Under the pieces are notes generated by a model, which saw only the letters and a list, made by a program, of their open reading frames with translations, had not been told where the DNA came from and did no database searches. From Dimorphilus gyrociliatus (taxonomy: Eukaryota > Animalia > Annelida), in the NCBI GenBank assembly GCA_904063045.1, contig CAJFCJ010000004.1, positions 2,163,713-2,227,712 of the forward strand: 64,000 nucleotides of DNA, given 5' to 3'. Both the position numbers and the translations under genes were made by a program. Position 1 is the first letter of the stretch; the number at the start of each line of letters is the position of its first letter. Below, one piece after another: positions 1-12,707 of the stretch.

Positions 1-871
1 CGAAACTAACAAGAAATTTGAAAAACAGCTGTTTCTTAAATCAATAAACCCAATTCTCCTTTTTAAAAGTTGAATATATATAAATATAATAAATTAATAT
101 TTCGCATCATCTGAAATGCAAAATCATTAAATTAGTTGAGAGAAATTGACTAAATTTCATTGAACTATTAATAAATCAAAGTACAAAATATTTACACTGG
201 AAGACATAAAATTGATTCAATAATTCTTCTTCATTAAAACAATACGTGTACAATGTTAAACGAAGAAATTTGAGTAAGAGAAAAGGGATGCTAGATTATG
301 GAACACGATTGCCAGTATATTACAATTATTGTTCATATTGATTTGAAGTATTAGTGTTAGTAAGTTGTTGTTGAATTTAATACGTAAGAGACGAGTAAGA
401 GTTGTTGGTTTGGTTAAAAACGGTTTCAACTTACAAAAAATTGCTTTATCAATCAATGAAAATTGTAAATTATCGTAAACTATATGATAGATGGAATTTT
501 AGGTGTTTTTTTTTAAATTGCACAAAAAGTAAAGAATAACTTCATCTCTAATCTATAAAATCATGGATAGAGTTGAAAGTTTGAATTGAAATGATTTATC
601 TAAAAAGAACATATATTCAATGAAACATTCAATAATTTCTGTTTATAAACAAGTCTACGAAAATTGCTTTTGAGGTTTTTTACAGCTAAAGGAAAATATA
701 TTGGTCTATCCATAATACAGTACGCTATATATGTTCCTATTCTTTTTATTTAGATTTCTTGTGAAATGCTTACACCCATACTTCCAATGAAATATATACT
801 TCAAAGGTAAAAAAAATTGGCATAGTTGATGCTATTCCTGTTTATTTCTATAATTACACAAAGCATGTATA

Positions 872-875
<4 letters not shown>

Positions 876-909
<34 letters not shown>
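876..909. repeat. (TA)n microsatellite
   Basis: Pure TA dinucleotide run, followed by a TACTGTA motif. Confidence 0.9.
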
Positions 910-912
<3 letters not shown>

Positions 913-1035
913 CATATTGTATACTGTATATAATGCATACGAAATCATGGGCCGAAGTTTGATTATATTCAATTTTTCAGAATCTATAACACAAATCCTT
1001 TTAAATTTTATTAAATTTAATGAAAGCTATCTTGT

Positions 1036-1646
1036 TTATTCAGGCATTATCATGGTCATGTTTGCCAATGGTGGCTGCCATTTTGTTTCATCAAATTTTT
1101 CCATAAATTTTTCAAGGCATGTATCATCTAGAATTTCTCCAGTTCTCGACTTTTTCTCCAAATATAAAGCTAGAATGATAATAAATATAAAGAAAACATT
1201 AGAAAATACACTATCCATTCTTCTTCTTATCTCTTTCCTTTTTTAGTATTTAGATCTATAATAAACTGTTACCTAAACTTTCCCTTGGGGCTAGTGATAT
1301 ACTTCTAAACCAATCTTCTACGTGAACTGTCAAGAGCATTCTTATACCTCTGGCCAATTCCTTTACATCTTTCCAATCATAAACTCCTATTTTTGGTAGA
1401 TTTGCAGAAGTCATATGCACCAGTTTCCTTCCATCAATGTTATTTTTTTCGAAGCAATCCTAAGTAATAATTTATTGATTTTCATTCAATTTCAATCAAT
1501 TGTTTAATAGAGAAAATTATAGATCAACATACGACATACTGCGGAAATCCAGCTTCGTCTTTCACCCACTTACAGACTTCTTCAACTGTCCAAAACCATG
1601 TTCTCGGAACTCGTTCATCGACCAAATCTTCATTTATTCCACTCAT
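1036..1646 (-). CDS. SAMD15: Sterile alpha motif (SAM) domain protein, SAMD15-like, 144 aa, 3 exons
   Basis: Exons 1646-1533, 1459-1273 and 1169-1036 with GT-AG junctions (phases 0, 1) join to MSGINEDLVDERVPRTWFWTVEEVCKWVKDEAGFPQYV/DCFEKNNIDGRKLVHMTSANLPKIGVYDWKDVKELARGIRMLL.../ALYLEKKSRTG...MPE*. The W-x-x-E-E-V-x-x-W and N-I-D-G-R-K-L SAM motifs and the LYLEKKSRTG tail resemble SAMD15 (from memory). Only the last exon appears in the ORF track. Confidence 0.85.
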
Positions 1647-1716
1647 TGAAAATAATAGTAATAGAATATAAAGAAATCATATAAAGTAATTTTTCAATAA
1701 GATATAGAAAAGTACG

Positions 1717-1819
1717 GTTACTAGGCTACTGTCGTCTGCAAAAATTAGACAATTCGACATGCGCCATCTGAAATATTTTTTTAAATAAATAAACCTATGT
1801 CATATAATACGCCATCTTG
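1717..1819. promoter_or_regulatory. Putative promoter elements upstream of the SAM gene: X-box-like and two YY1-like sites
   Basis: GTTACTAGGCTAC at 1717-1729 (RFX X-box-like, imperfect). GCGCCATCTG at about 1762-1771 and ACGCCATCTT at 1810-1819 (YY1 core CGCCAT), 70-170 bp upstream of the ATG. Motif match only. Confidence 0.25.
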
Positions 1820-2973
1820 TGTATTTTAACTCTTCTCCTTTATAAACAGTTTAATATCATCAACACTGTCATTATCTAAACAAAATACAATGAAAAAGAT
1901 ATGCAAATTAGCTATAACAAATAAAAAATTATCCTCAGGTAGAATAGGAAATATAAGATTTCCTTTTAATTTTCTATTAATTAACTGAGGGAAAAAACCA
2001 ACTTGAGTAGATCGATTCCCTCTTTAACGCTTAAACACTTCCTTCCTGCCAAACGATTTCTAATGGATGATTACTTCTATATAAATTAACTTGTATTTTA
2101 CCAATAAGAGAGTTAGAACACTAAATGAAGGAAATTGGTATTACGGTTTTAATAGTATTAAATGTAATAAAAGTAAATAAAGAAGAAGAGAGTGCTTATT
2201 AAATTTTTGTTACAAAGTATAGAGTATTAATTAAAATGAGAAGACGAAATCATCTGATAAGAACGTAAATAATAAATCTTTTGTCTATTGTCCTAATTCA
2301 ATTAGAAATTATTAAATTAAAAATCTATCTTTATCTATTGAACGATTTACGTATAAAAATAATATTAATAGGAATAATAACAATAATAATAAAAAAACTA
2401 TGCAATTTATTAAAGAATTCAAATAGAAAATAGACATTTAATTGAGTAGTTTCAAAGTGCAATAATAATAGTAATAATAAATAAGAGACTTTAATATTAA
2501 AATGTTGAAATTAAGGGATAAGAATTCCTTAAGAAATTTATGTATTGTTATATGTTATTTTTCACTTTCTCCGTACTTTAAAAATTGAAAAAGGTGTATC
2601 TATAAAGAATTAGAAAGATAGTGAACAAAAGAAGATGGGCGGAGAGGAGTTGGAGGAGGAGCAAAAACTAACAATTATATTATTTGTATACTATTATTTC
2701 ATCCTTCAAAACTTGAATACTACTGTATATTAATTATTTTCTAAACAATGTGATATTTTTTTCTTTACTACGGTCTTGTTGACGAAAATAAAAAGACAAA
2801 AATACTCTTACAATTCTTAAACAATAGGACATTATTGATATACTGTATATATATATGTATATATATATATATATATACTGTATATAGATTAGAGATTATG
2901 TAATTATTAATTAAATCATTTAACCAACTGTTTAGCAGAAATCACTGATAAACTAAATATGACAAAATTTTTA

Positions 2974-5900
2974 TTAGTTATGCAAACTCTGTTGAATTTT
3001 TTGCTGCCAATCAGCTTCTAGCTTACTTCTTCTTCGACTTCTTTCAGCTGAATTAACATCTGTTGATTGGGAGGAGATTGTTGGAGAGAATATTTCAGAG
3101 TCTAATTCGTCATCTGCTATCAGTTCATTCTGATAGATGCCAAGTGAATGTCTTTGCCTTCTTAGTTCAATCTCTCTTGCTTTCATTTCTCTCACTTCTC
3201 TTTCTATTCGGTCTTGTCCGCTGGGTGAGGATCTTATTAAGCTTTCGCTTGTAGATCTTTTCACACTAGTCGGTTGAACCGAAGAATGTTGAAAGTTCAT
3301 TGACGAACTGGTGCTTATTGGTTTTGGAACGTTATCTTTAGGCGGAGGTGGTTTAGGTACTACAACCACAGGCTCGGGCTCGCTTTTAACCGATACGTCC
3401 GGTGAATCTGGTTGAGATACATCAGATAATTTACGATTAATTTCTTCAGTTTTTATTTTTGGTTGAATATCATTGTGTATCTTGGTTGGGGAACCATTAA
3501 CTCTCCTGAATGAGGGTGAACCTTCAACAGGAGCAACTTCCTGATACTTTTTCCTATCGGGTTCGTAATCTTTAGAAGTACTAATTATACGACCTTGATG
3601 CCTTAAATTTTCTTCTCTAGCCTGTTCTAGTTTTATTTCGTTTTGTATTCTAGTGTGAGCCCATTTTTTATAGCTCTGACTCTGATTGGCCTTATTTAAG
3701 TTGTTTGGTGATTCTTCGATAGGTTTTTGTTGGGGAACGCTCATGATTTGCTCTTCTTGATAAGCCTTTAGTTTAATACCTTTCTCTCTCCTAAAACTCT
3801 CCTCCCGCTCTCTAGCTAATCTTATTTCTCTTTCGATAGGTGTTTCACTCGAAACGGTTGCGAATTGACTCAAGTCGGTTTTGTCTTCTTCGAGTAAGGG
3901 TGCCACCTTAATTCGAGAAGGTGGCGGCGAATCTGGAGGAGGGGTAGTCTCAACAAACGGAGCAGGAGAAATAGCAACTTCGGGGGTTGGAGGAGGAGTT
4001 TCAACTTTCGGAACGTTTGGTAATATAGGAGTCGTTTCGACACCATCAACCTCTGTAAACAATCCCATCTGTTTTCTAAGACTTCGCAATTCATCTTCTT
4101 TTTCCCTTTGTTCTCTTAGTTCTCTGGCTAATCTCGATTCAATCATTCTTGTTGAATTTTCATATCGACCAGAAGTTGTAGGTGAATTCGTATGAACGGA
4201 AGACGGGGTTGATGGAAGCGTAGGCGGCGTACTATTGGAAAATTTCGGAGTAGGCTTCGCTTTTATTGGAGTTACAGGCGTCGAGGGTGGAGAGCACTTG
4301 TTCTGCGCCAAAGAGGTACGCTGTTGACGCAATTCTTCCTCCCTCTCTTTTGCCAATCTTATTTCCCGTTCAATCAGAGATTCTTCTCTTACCACACTTT
4401 TTTCATTAATCTGTAAAGGTTAAGGAATTTATTAAAAAGTTCTTACAAATTGAAAAACCATTTAAAATTTTGAGAAATAAATTTTGATTCTACAAAAGAC
4501 GCTGGCGTTAAAATTACTTCCAATTTTACAAACGTTCTGCCACGACATAACTTATAATCTTAAATAACGAAGTAGCTCCAGCTTTGAGTATAGTTTAAGA
4601 ACAATAAGAAATTCCCAATTTTTTGTGTGTTTTTATATTAAATTTGACATTTACTCACATCAAGACTTCTTTCTAAATCATCGGCCAAGTCGTCCTCTTC
4701 AATAACGTCACTTTGAGCGTGGGTATCGCGATCAACTTCAGTCATTTCTTGAAAATCCTGAGAATTAATCAACATATCTCTCTCTTTTTTCAATTGATAT
4801 TCCCTTTCATTCGTCGCCTTAATTTCCCTATCGATGGCGCTGTCTACCAACTCCTCGTTCATCTCTTGAATATTGGCGTTATTTTGATTTTCCGATTCAG
4901 CTGCAAACTGTTCCCAGTGTTTCTTTGTTTCGTTTAGATTGGCTATAGAACTCTGTTCAACGTTGCTTGAGAATTCACCGCTAGATGTCGTTGTTGTTGC
5001 GAGAGAACTTGAATCAATGTCACCTGGTTGATAAGTAAACAAATTCTTGTCTAGTCAATAATTTCTTTAGGCTTATAAACGCTTTATAATTCTTATTGTA
5101 GGGCTTGAAAGAACACCCTTGAAGGTTTATAAATAATTTTTCCTTAATTGCTTCAAAAAACCCCCCTATACTACAAACAAGTTTTTCCCCTTCCAAAAAA
5201 CGTATTTCACGCTTCAATAAAATAATTATAATGATTTAACAGTCTACAATTCACTATCTTCGCTTCATCAGCCTAAACTGATTTGTTGCACAGAATATAC
5301 ATATACAACAGATTTATATATTAATAGGAGTAACATAGTAAATATTGTGCAAAAATGAATATTTAAATATTCATAGAATAGAAGATGAATATCACTTATA
5401 TGATTGATTACATCACTTTTTGTAATTAAAATAAGCCATATAATCAATAGAGTAAAAAAAATACTCTATTCATAAAAAATTAATAAAAAACTATCACAAT
5501 TCTTTAATCATATTCCAAAAAAGTTAAAATTATTAAACTCTTAGTTAATTAATTCTTAACACAGGTATATTGTTTAGTAAGAGGAAAATAGGAAAGGAGG
5601 GAAAAATGACTATTTATTGGAGTTGCTATAAATATATATTTCATTCTCATATAATTGTGATAAAGGTTTATTTTCCTCTCCTTCCTTAAAGAAAAATACG
5701 AATATTCCCAATTAGTCTTTCATTTTTTCCCTATTCAATATAAAATACACTTACATGGCAAATCAATTTGGAAAATTACATTGACAGACCCAATCCATTA
5801 TTATCAAATGAATACCATAGTTAAATTATGACCATTTAATGATATGACAAAGAAAACAATTCGAATAAACTAGGATGACATATATATGAACTAGGAATAG

Positions 5901-8900
5901 GCTTGGGAAATGACAAGAGTTTTAAAATAGCTAATATATTTAATGTTTTAGAGATATCAGTCAATCTTTCAACATTTTTTTAGCTATTATATTTTTAATA
6001 TAGGTGGACTTCATATTGCGTAATCGATATAATCTACAGGTAAAATATATGCTTGATGCTACTATTAATAATATATCTTATTACTCATATTAAAGATAAA
6101 AAGATATTTTCTCAAACTCAAAACTTGTCTCTTTAACGAAAGAGAACGAAGCGAATTATGAGAATTATTAGAATATATGCAAAATCGGAATACTTTTATG
6201 AACCAATTTAGAATTCAATATTAAGTGATGTTAAACTTTTTAATAGCACTTATTCCACCAATTCAATAATACTTCGCTTTGTTTAACCTGAAAAACGTTG
6301 ATTTACTGCTTTTAACGTGGTCTTTCAATGCGTTTCTCACTCTCTCTTCTCTTTCGTTACATATTTAATTTATGACACATGACTTATTTATGAAACTAAG
6401 ATAAAAGAAATATCCGCCAATGTACCAATTGTCAGATTAGACAAGAGAAAAAATTCTTTATAGATTAAAAATTCCTCATTTTTGAATATTAAAGAATTTT
6501 TCTTATATGACGATTTAGGTTGATATGTTTTATGAATACTAATAAATTTAACTAGTTCTATTTAATGCTAAGTAAAGAATATTATAATCGATTAGAAAAC
6601 ATTCTTGTTTCGCTTTTTTTTTGGAGCCTAGATAAAGAAAACGTTAATCCAATTGTTAAATGAACAAGTTAACTCTTGTTCACAATCTTTTGGGTCAAAA
6701 GGTAAGATTTGTTACTAATTAAAGCATGAAACTGCTTATAAATGCGTTCTCTATATTCTCTCTCTCTATATCTATTATATCTTTATCATAAATTTTTAAT
6801 TGGTTTAGTTGTTAGACAGTAGATTTAAGGATTAAATAGCTTAATCTGAATATTAGCTAATAATCGCTTAGAAATTCTGTGACACAAAATTACGCACTCT
6901 TATATTTACCTTCAGAAATTTTCGTGTTATAGTCACTATTATTGTTGTTGCTAGTACTATTAATCCTAATATTATGGTTAGGAGTATAAGGATGAGAAAT
7001 GTGTCCTTCTCCGTTTAAATTAATATTCTCTCCAAATCTCACTCTTTTCTTGTTGTCACCTGGTATACATTCATAGTCGATATCATAGTCTCCTTCGCGG
7101 GGTTCGTCAACATCCGCTTCGATTACGTAATCCATTAAAAAATTTATTGATATTTTGAATATTTGAAATCGTTGAAATAAATTGACAGCATAAATTGTCT
7201 GTCTAGTTTGGCAATTAGAATTTTATATCCTCATATACCGTTTGGTATAAATTATGAAGTAGATATGCACTCTATCTAAGATGCTGTATATTTAATATAA
7301 TATTGGCTAGACTGCGTTGTGTGTCACAGTACAATGCAGAATTCCCATGCAGACGCTTATATTTACTGTTGAGTCACACGGAACTATCTACGGCGCTGTA
7401 TCACTAGCCCCGCCTACGTTAAAAATAAATAACGCATGCTATTAATTCTTAGAAAGCTGGGCATTATATCACAAAAATGAAAGTGAAAGTATTAATAATA
7501 TTTAAGCTATTTAAAAGATATCCAATCTTTGGTGAATAGAAGATAGAAATATCAGAGGAAAAATCATAGTAAATAGACTATATAACAGTAAAAAATCAGT
7601 ATAAATATGGCCAAGAAAGGGCGAAAGAGAACAATTGCTAGGCCTATTTGTTAAATAGAATTTCGGTATATTAATAAAGAAATCTTACTCATTACAAGGC
7701 CAGTTTACGGAGAGAAACATCACGATTGAATATATATATATACACAGTATATGAGAAATACCATAGTCACACTATATATACAGTATATATATTAAGTTAT
7801 AGAATTCGAAATTTTAGCTTTTACACTGATCAAATGTTCAAAAATATTGAATAGATTTCGCAATAATAGTAGGAGGATTATAGAACGTATAAGAAAACGG
7901 AAATACTTGTACTTGTATATATTATAGTATATATTTATATAAAAAGTTGACAATTTGTTACTTTTCCTCTAATCTTAAGAGAAGGTGACAAATTGAAGTT
8001 TTAAAATTAATAGAAAAAAGTAAAAATCTCTCTTTTTCTCTTTATTTTAAATATTAACAAACCTTTTCATCGACTCGAACAAATGTGGGAGTATAAAACA
8101 GTCGATAAGATTATATATTTTAAATAAAAGGCCTATATATCAAATATGCAAAAAAAACCCTTAAAAAATATAAAAAATAGCAAAGCCTACTCATAAAAAA
8201 CAAGTAACGATAGTTTAAGGCCGAAAATGAATAAGGAAAGAAAAACATGGTTTTATACTGTATATCGTATAGTTAGACCGTTTAAAATAATTTGAATTTA
8301 ATGGTTTGTAATATAAAATAAGCTGACTGGAGGAAAATTTCTATAGTTCTTTAGAATGTTCCATTTAGTTATGGTCTATACATTGAATTTTTTTTCTATA
8401 AAGTAGGACACATTCGTTTTTTATTTCTTAATAAATTAACATTATCATCTTATGTATTTGCTCTTTTAAGAAAAATATTGACTAAATATTGGGAATAAAG
8501 TTATATATCATAAATTTTAAGATATTATAAAAATTCTTCTAAGGCTAGAATACAAAGATAAGGCATTAAAAGAGCAAATAAATCTACTAGTAAAAGTATT
8601 TATTGTGCTTAAAGGATTTTCTTCAAAAAACATACTTAACAAAAAATGAAGGAAGAAAAAAGAGATAGGAAATATCACCTCGATAACATTCGATGTTTAA
8701 TCTTGTGAAAAATAACTGTTCAGGTGACAGTCGACAGAATATACAGTTAACGTTTGTTTGTATAGACCTAGGTGACACCTACAAGATTAAATACCTTTTT
8801 TTTATTATTTAACGCCATCTAGCGGTGAAGTATAGAGTCGCTGTTAATCCCTTTAGCAAAATCTCAAATTACCAGTGGTTTCGTGCTTCTCTTTTAAAGT

Positions 8901-11900
8901 GATTAAGTTGGTGTTTACTTCTCGTGGGAAATTTTTAAGACTCGTAATACTTTAATTATGCAATTGAATATATTGGGTCAAAATAGGTTGTAGATACCCA
9001 TCTAGAAGACAAGATACTATAAGTACTGTTCCGGTTTTAAGATAATAAAGCATTTATATTCTTATCTTATTATTATTTATGCTTCTGATATAAAAAATAT
9101 TGAAAAAATCTTTCAGATAAAATCATATTCGATAACGAATGACTTCAATTTCAAAGATAATGTACCTTAAATAGTTATAATAATATACTGTATATATACT
9201 GTATATCATAAACTTATTTATTACTATTAATATTATTTGGTCTATCTTTTCGTATAAATGCAAGAAAAAGCCAACATATTAATAAAAATTCCTTCCAAAT
9301 TTCTCTCCTTCTCTCTCTCTCTCTCTCCCTGTAATATCTATCAAACTACCTACTTGATTTTATATTTCATTCTCTCTTATACTTACAGATTATTCAACCC
9401 TTTCAATTATTTATAAATAAATACACTAAAAAGAAAAACAAGAACAATAATTGTATATTCCATTCGTCTTTCAAAGCTAATAGGCCGAATTAAAACGTCG
9501 ATTATTTGATTAGATTTGTAAGAGAAAAAAATTGCTAATTAACAACAGATCCTAAGAAGTTAAGTATTATTCAAGTACTTGAAAAAAAATAAAGAAGATT
9601 AACCATATCGCATGAATGTATCGTAAGTAGTATAAAGAAATCTTTTGTTTTTTTCTTTTAGATATTATAAACAACACAGAGGATTTTTTGAATTAGAATT
9701 TTTATCAAAATTTTCTCCATTCTACGAATATTTCAAATTTAATAATATATTAATATATAGTGGTATAGGCTATTATATTATGTATACTGACTGTTTGATG
9801 TGGACTACTGAAATTGCTTAGTCTAAAAGCATTGTAAAATATAATCGTTATTTATTTATTTATTTATTATATAATCGTTAAAATTAACTTATTGATTGGA
9901 AACTCTACTTTCCTCTCTGTTTGAATAATTACATATTTATTTTATATTAGTACATTAAGGAAAGTTTTTCATCAACTTGTACTATTGTACGAATAGTTTT
10001 AGGTGCTACTTTATCGGTTATAACTTTACAATCTCTTTATCAATGGAACGAAAGAATATTTTGTCACATTTTTACAATATAGTACTAAACTACTTCCAGA
10101 ATTTCCTATAAAGGTATTTTTACAGTTTAAAATTCTTTTGATTTGATAAAGAATGGAAAACTAGGTTAAATGTGTTCAATAACATATTATTTATATACTT
10201 TATACTAAAATATATATATACCACATATATATGTTATACTGCATATGTATGGTTTTTTTTTTAAATTGTGGTTTAAGGACAGTTACTACTGTTTAACATA
10301 ATAAAAATAAAGCCAAGTTTTCTTTTATGATAGAGATAAAACTATTTTTTTTTCATTTCGAGTTACGCAATAATTCGGATGTTTTTTTAAAAAGAAAATA
10401 AATAATCGACTTACCAATTGATGAATTAATTGATCGAAATATATTTGGTAAGGAATTTTTCTTCTTTCCTTCGTCGTCCTTCTTCTTTTGCCAATACTTT
10501 CTTTCACTTTCTTTTACTTTATTATCGAAAACTTCATCTTCAATATCTTCCTTTAAGAATTCTGTATTGAATATTTTTTTTCTGACCCTCATTTCGTCCA
10601 TTATAGATTCTCTTTGTTTTTGAAATTCAATATTTTCATCTGATGGTTTATCACCGCTTCTCTTTCGTATTTTATAAGATGGTGAAAGAGCCCCTTCAAC
10701 GAATAATTGGGCTTTAGCGACTGGGTCATCTTGCAGGTCAATTCGACGGAGTCCAGTCACCGGATCCATTTCGAAATCTGCGATATGATCTCTTATCTCC
10801 TCTGTTGGCGCCGTCTTGCGGTTAGGTGGTTCTGATAAAGGTAAAGGCGGTGCGACTTCTACTGCTTTAACATGATCATAGCCATCAATAATTTCTTCCT
10901 CCTTTTCATCCCAATCTTTAGATGTGTTTAGAGCTTGTTGACTGAAAACATCAGATGAATTTGTATCGAAAGGCTTTGTATTGTCATTTTTAAATGATTC
11001 GAAAGGATTGTTCAATGGGAATGGGGATTCTTGATCTGTTGGAGAAATTGGACTTGGCGTCTCGTCATTTTTTATATTGAATAGAGCCGAGATTCCTTTT
11101 TGAATTTGATCTGTATTAGCTTTCAAGTCAAGCGATAGCTTCCTATCTAAAGATTCATTATTTTTTTCCCTATCGTTCTGTTCCTCATCGATTTTATTAT
11201 TATGTAGCATTGCCGACCGTAAACTACGTTGTAAGTACTGTTCTCGGCCATTTTGAAATTCAGATGTCCTGATGATGGTTTCTTTATCCTCTATTGAGGT
11301 TATTTTATTGATATTTTCCAATGTTGAATCGAATAGGTCATTCTCCTTCGTATCCTCTGTTAACAGCTGGCTTTTATTTCTCGGCGTTGCATCAGATGGC
11401 GCTGACATAGAAAATTTAATTTCGGTAGTAAATTTATCATTAACATTATCTATAGAGATATCAGAATTTTGGGAAAACTTTGGTGAAAATAGTAATTTTC
11501 CTACTGATGCGGTTGATGTAGTTGACGAACTATTACCATAAACTATAGGCTCTTTTATTAATTTTATAGAATTTCTTGTTCTCTCTAGTAAATCGTCAAA
11601 TATGTCATAGTTTTTATTATCCTCTTCCATTGCTTCTTCAGTAGGTAGGTTGTCTTTATGTTCGTCATTTTGTTTTATATTGTCAACAATTGGTTCTGTA
11701 ACATTGGAATTAGCTGAGAAATTATCCAAAACAGTACCAGCAGTAGTACTTTTAGTATTATTGTTGTTATTATTACTATTACTATTACTATTATTAAAAT
11801 ATTGAGTAATATTTTGAATTTGTTCAAAATTGTCTGTAGTTTCGTTAAATAAAGTTTTATCGTCCACGGAATGTTCAGCGAGATTCTCTAAACTTCTTGA

Positions 11901-12707
11901 TACGGCTAAGGCTTCATTTTCTTTGGCAGTTTCATTTGAATTTATACGGAATGGATTATTATCATATCGAGACAAATGGTCAATTTTTTCTTCTGAATAT
12001 TTTGATTGAATATCTGATGAATTCGAGAAAAAATCATTATTAGAAAATTGATTATTTACTTCTGATAAGTTTTCTTCTCTGTCAAAAAAACCGGCAAAAT
12101 CGGGCTCTGGCTGCTCTGTAAACTGTGTATTGTCTCTAAAGTTGTTCAATAGAGTTGATTCAATTCCAGCGTTATCATTTTCATCTTCTTTATATATTGC
12201 AGAATGCCCTGGAAAGAGGATATCGCTGTATTTTTCTGAAGAAGTCTCTTGATCCTGGAAGAGATCCGCCTCGTCAAATTTCCTTATGTTGTCGTCGTTA
12301 TGAGAAGAATTATCAATATCGATGAGTAAATCATCGTATTTTACAGTGCTCGAGTGGCCGAGCGTAAACTGATCATTTGAATCAACGTCAACAACCTTAA
12401 TTTCAGGTAGATTTCGCGATTCAAAATACGAATTAAAGCTATCGTCTACTCTTTCGTCGTCATCGACACTATAATTACGAACATAGACATCGCCAAACAA
12501 CACATTTTTAGATGTTGAAAGATTTTTTTCCAACTCCTTATCCAAATCTAAAAGAATTTTACTATTTTCTGCATCTCCTTCCCTAGGTTCCTCTTGAAAA
12601 TCGGAATCTGAGTTGCTCGTTCTCTTATAAACATAATCCTCAAGATTTTCGGTCAAGTCATCATTCAAGATTTTCGGTTTGTAATCAAAGAATGTTGTTT
12701 TCTCCAT
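2974..12707 (-). CDS. AKAP2/PALM2-AKAP2/MISP-family scaffold protein (AKAP2_C-like C-terminus), long isoform about 1373 aa
   Basis: Exons 12707-10415 (donor G|gtaagt, phase 1), 5050-4659 (acceptor ctag; donor GAT|gtgagt, phase 0) and 4410-2974 (acceptor tacag) join in frame. Repeated IEREIRLAxEREEEL motifs and C-terminal RRRSKLEADWQQKI resemble the AKAP2/MISP tail. A roughly 70-nt 5'UTR intron appears to lie at about 12716-12785. Confidence 0.7.
6910..7135 (-). CDS. Alternative first coding exon of the AKAP2/MISP-like gene (short isoform about 684 aa)
   Basis: ATG at 7135 (MDYVIEADVDEPREGDYDIDYECIPGD...) and donor GAA G|gtaaat at 6910, phase 1, which matches the 5050 acceptor. No in-frame phase-1 acceptor was found upstream. 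A GC-enriched promoter-like patch with a CCCCGCC box lies at about 7300-7440. Confidence 0.6.
8812..8825 (-). promoter_or_regulatory. CTCF-like binding motif
   Basis: The minus strand reads CCGCTAGATGGCGT, close to the CTCF consensus CCASYAGRKGGCR. It lies in the intron between the two alternative first exons. Confidence 0.45.

Noticed and set aside
917-1246. Plus-strand 109-aa ORF
   Set aside because: Antisense to the last SAMD15-like exon plus AT-rich flank; no recognisable content.
3063-4937. Overlapping ORFs 3063-3254, 3870-4094, 3881-4195 and 4713-4937 (also 11272-11541)
   Set aside because: Shadow or antisense frames of the AKAP2/MISP-like exons.
7136-7210. 6910-7135 as an internal cassette exon
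   Set aside because: The upstream AG acceptors near 7200 are out of frame for a phase-1 junction or hit a stop, so an alternative first exon fits better.
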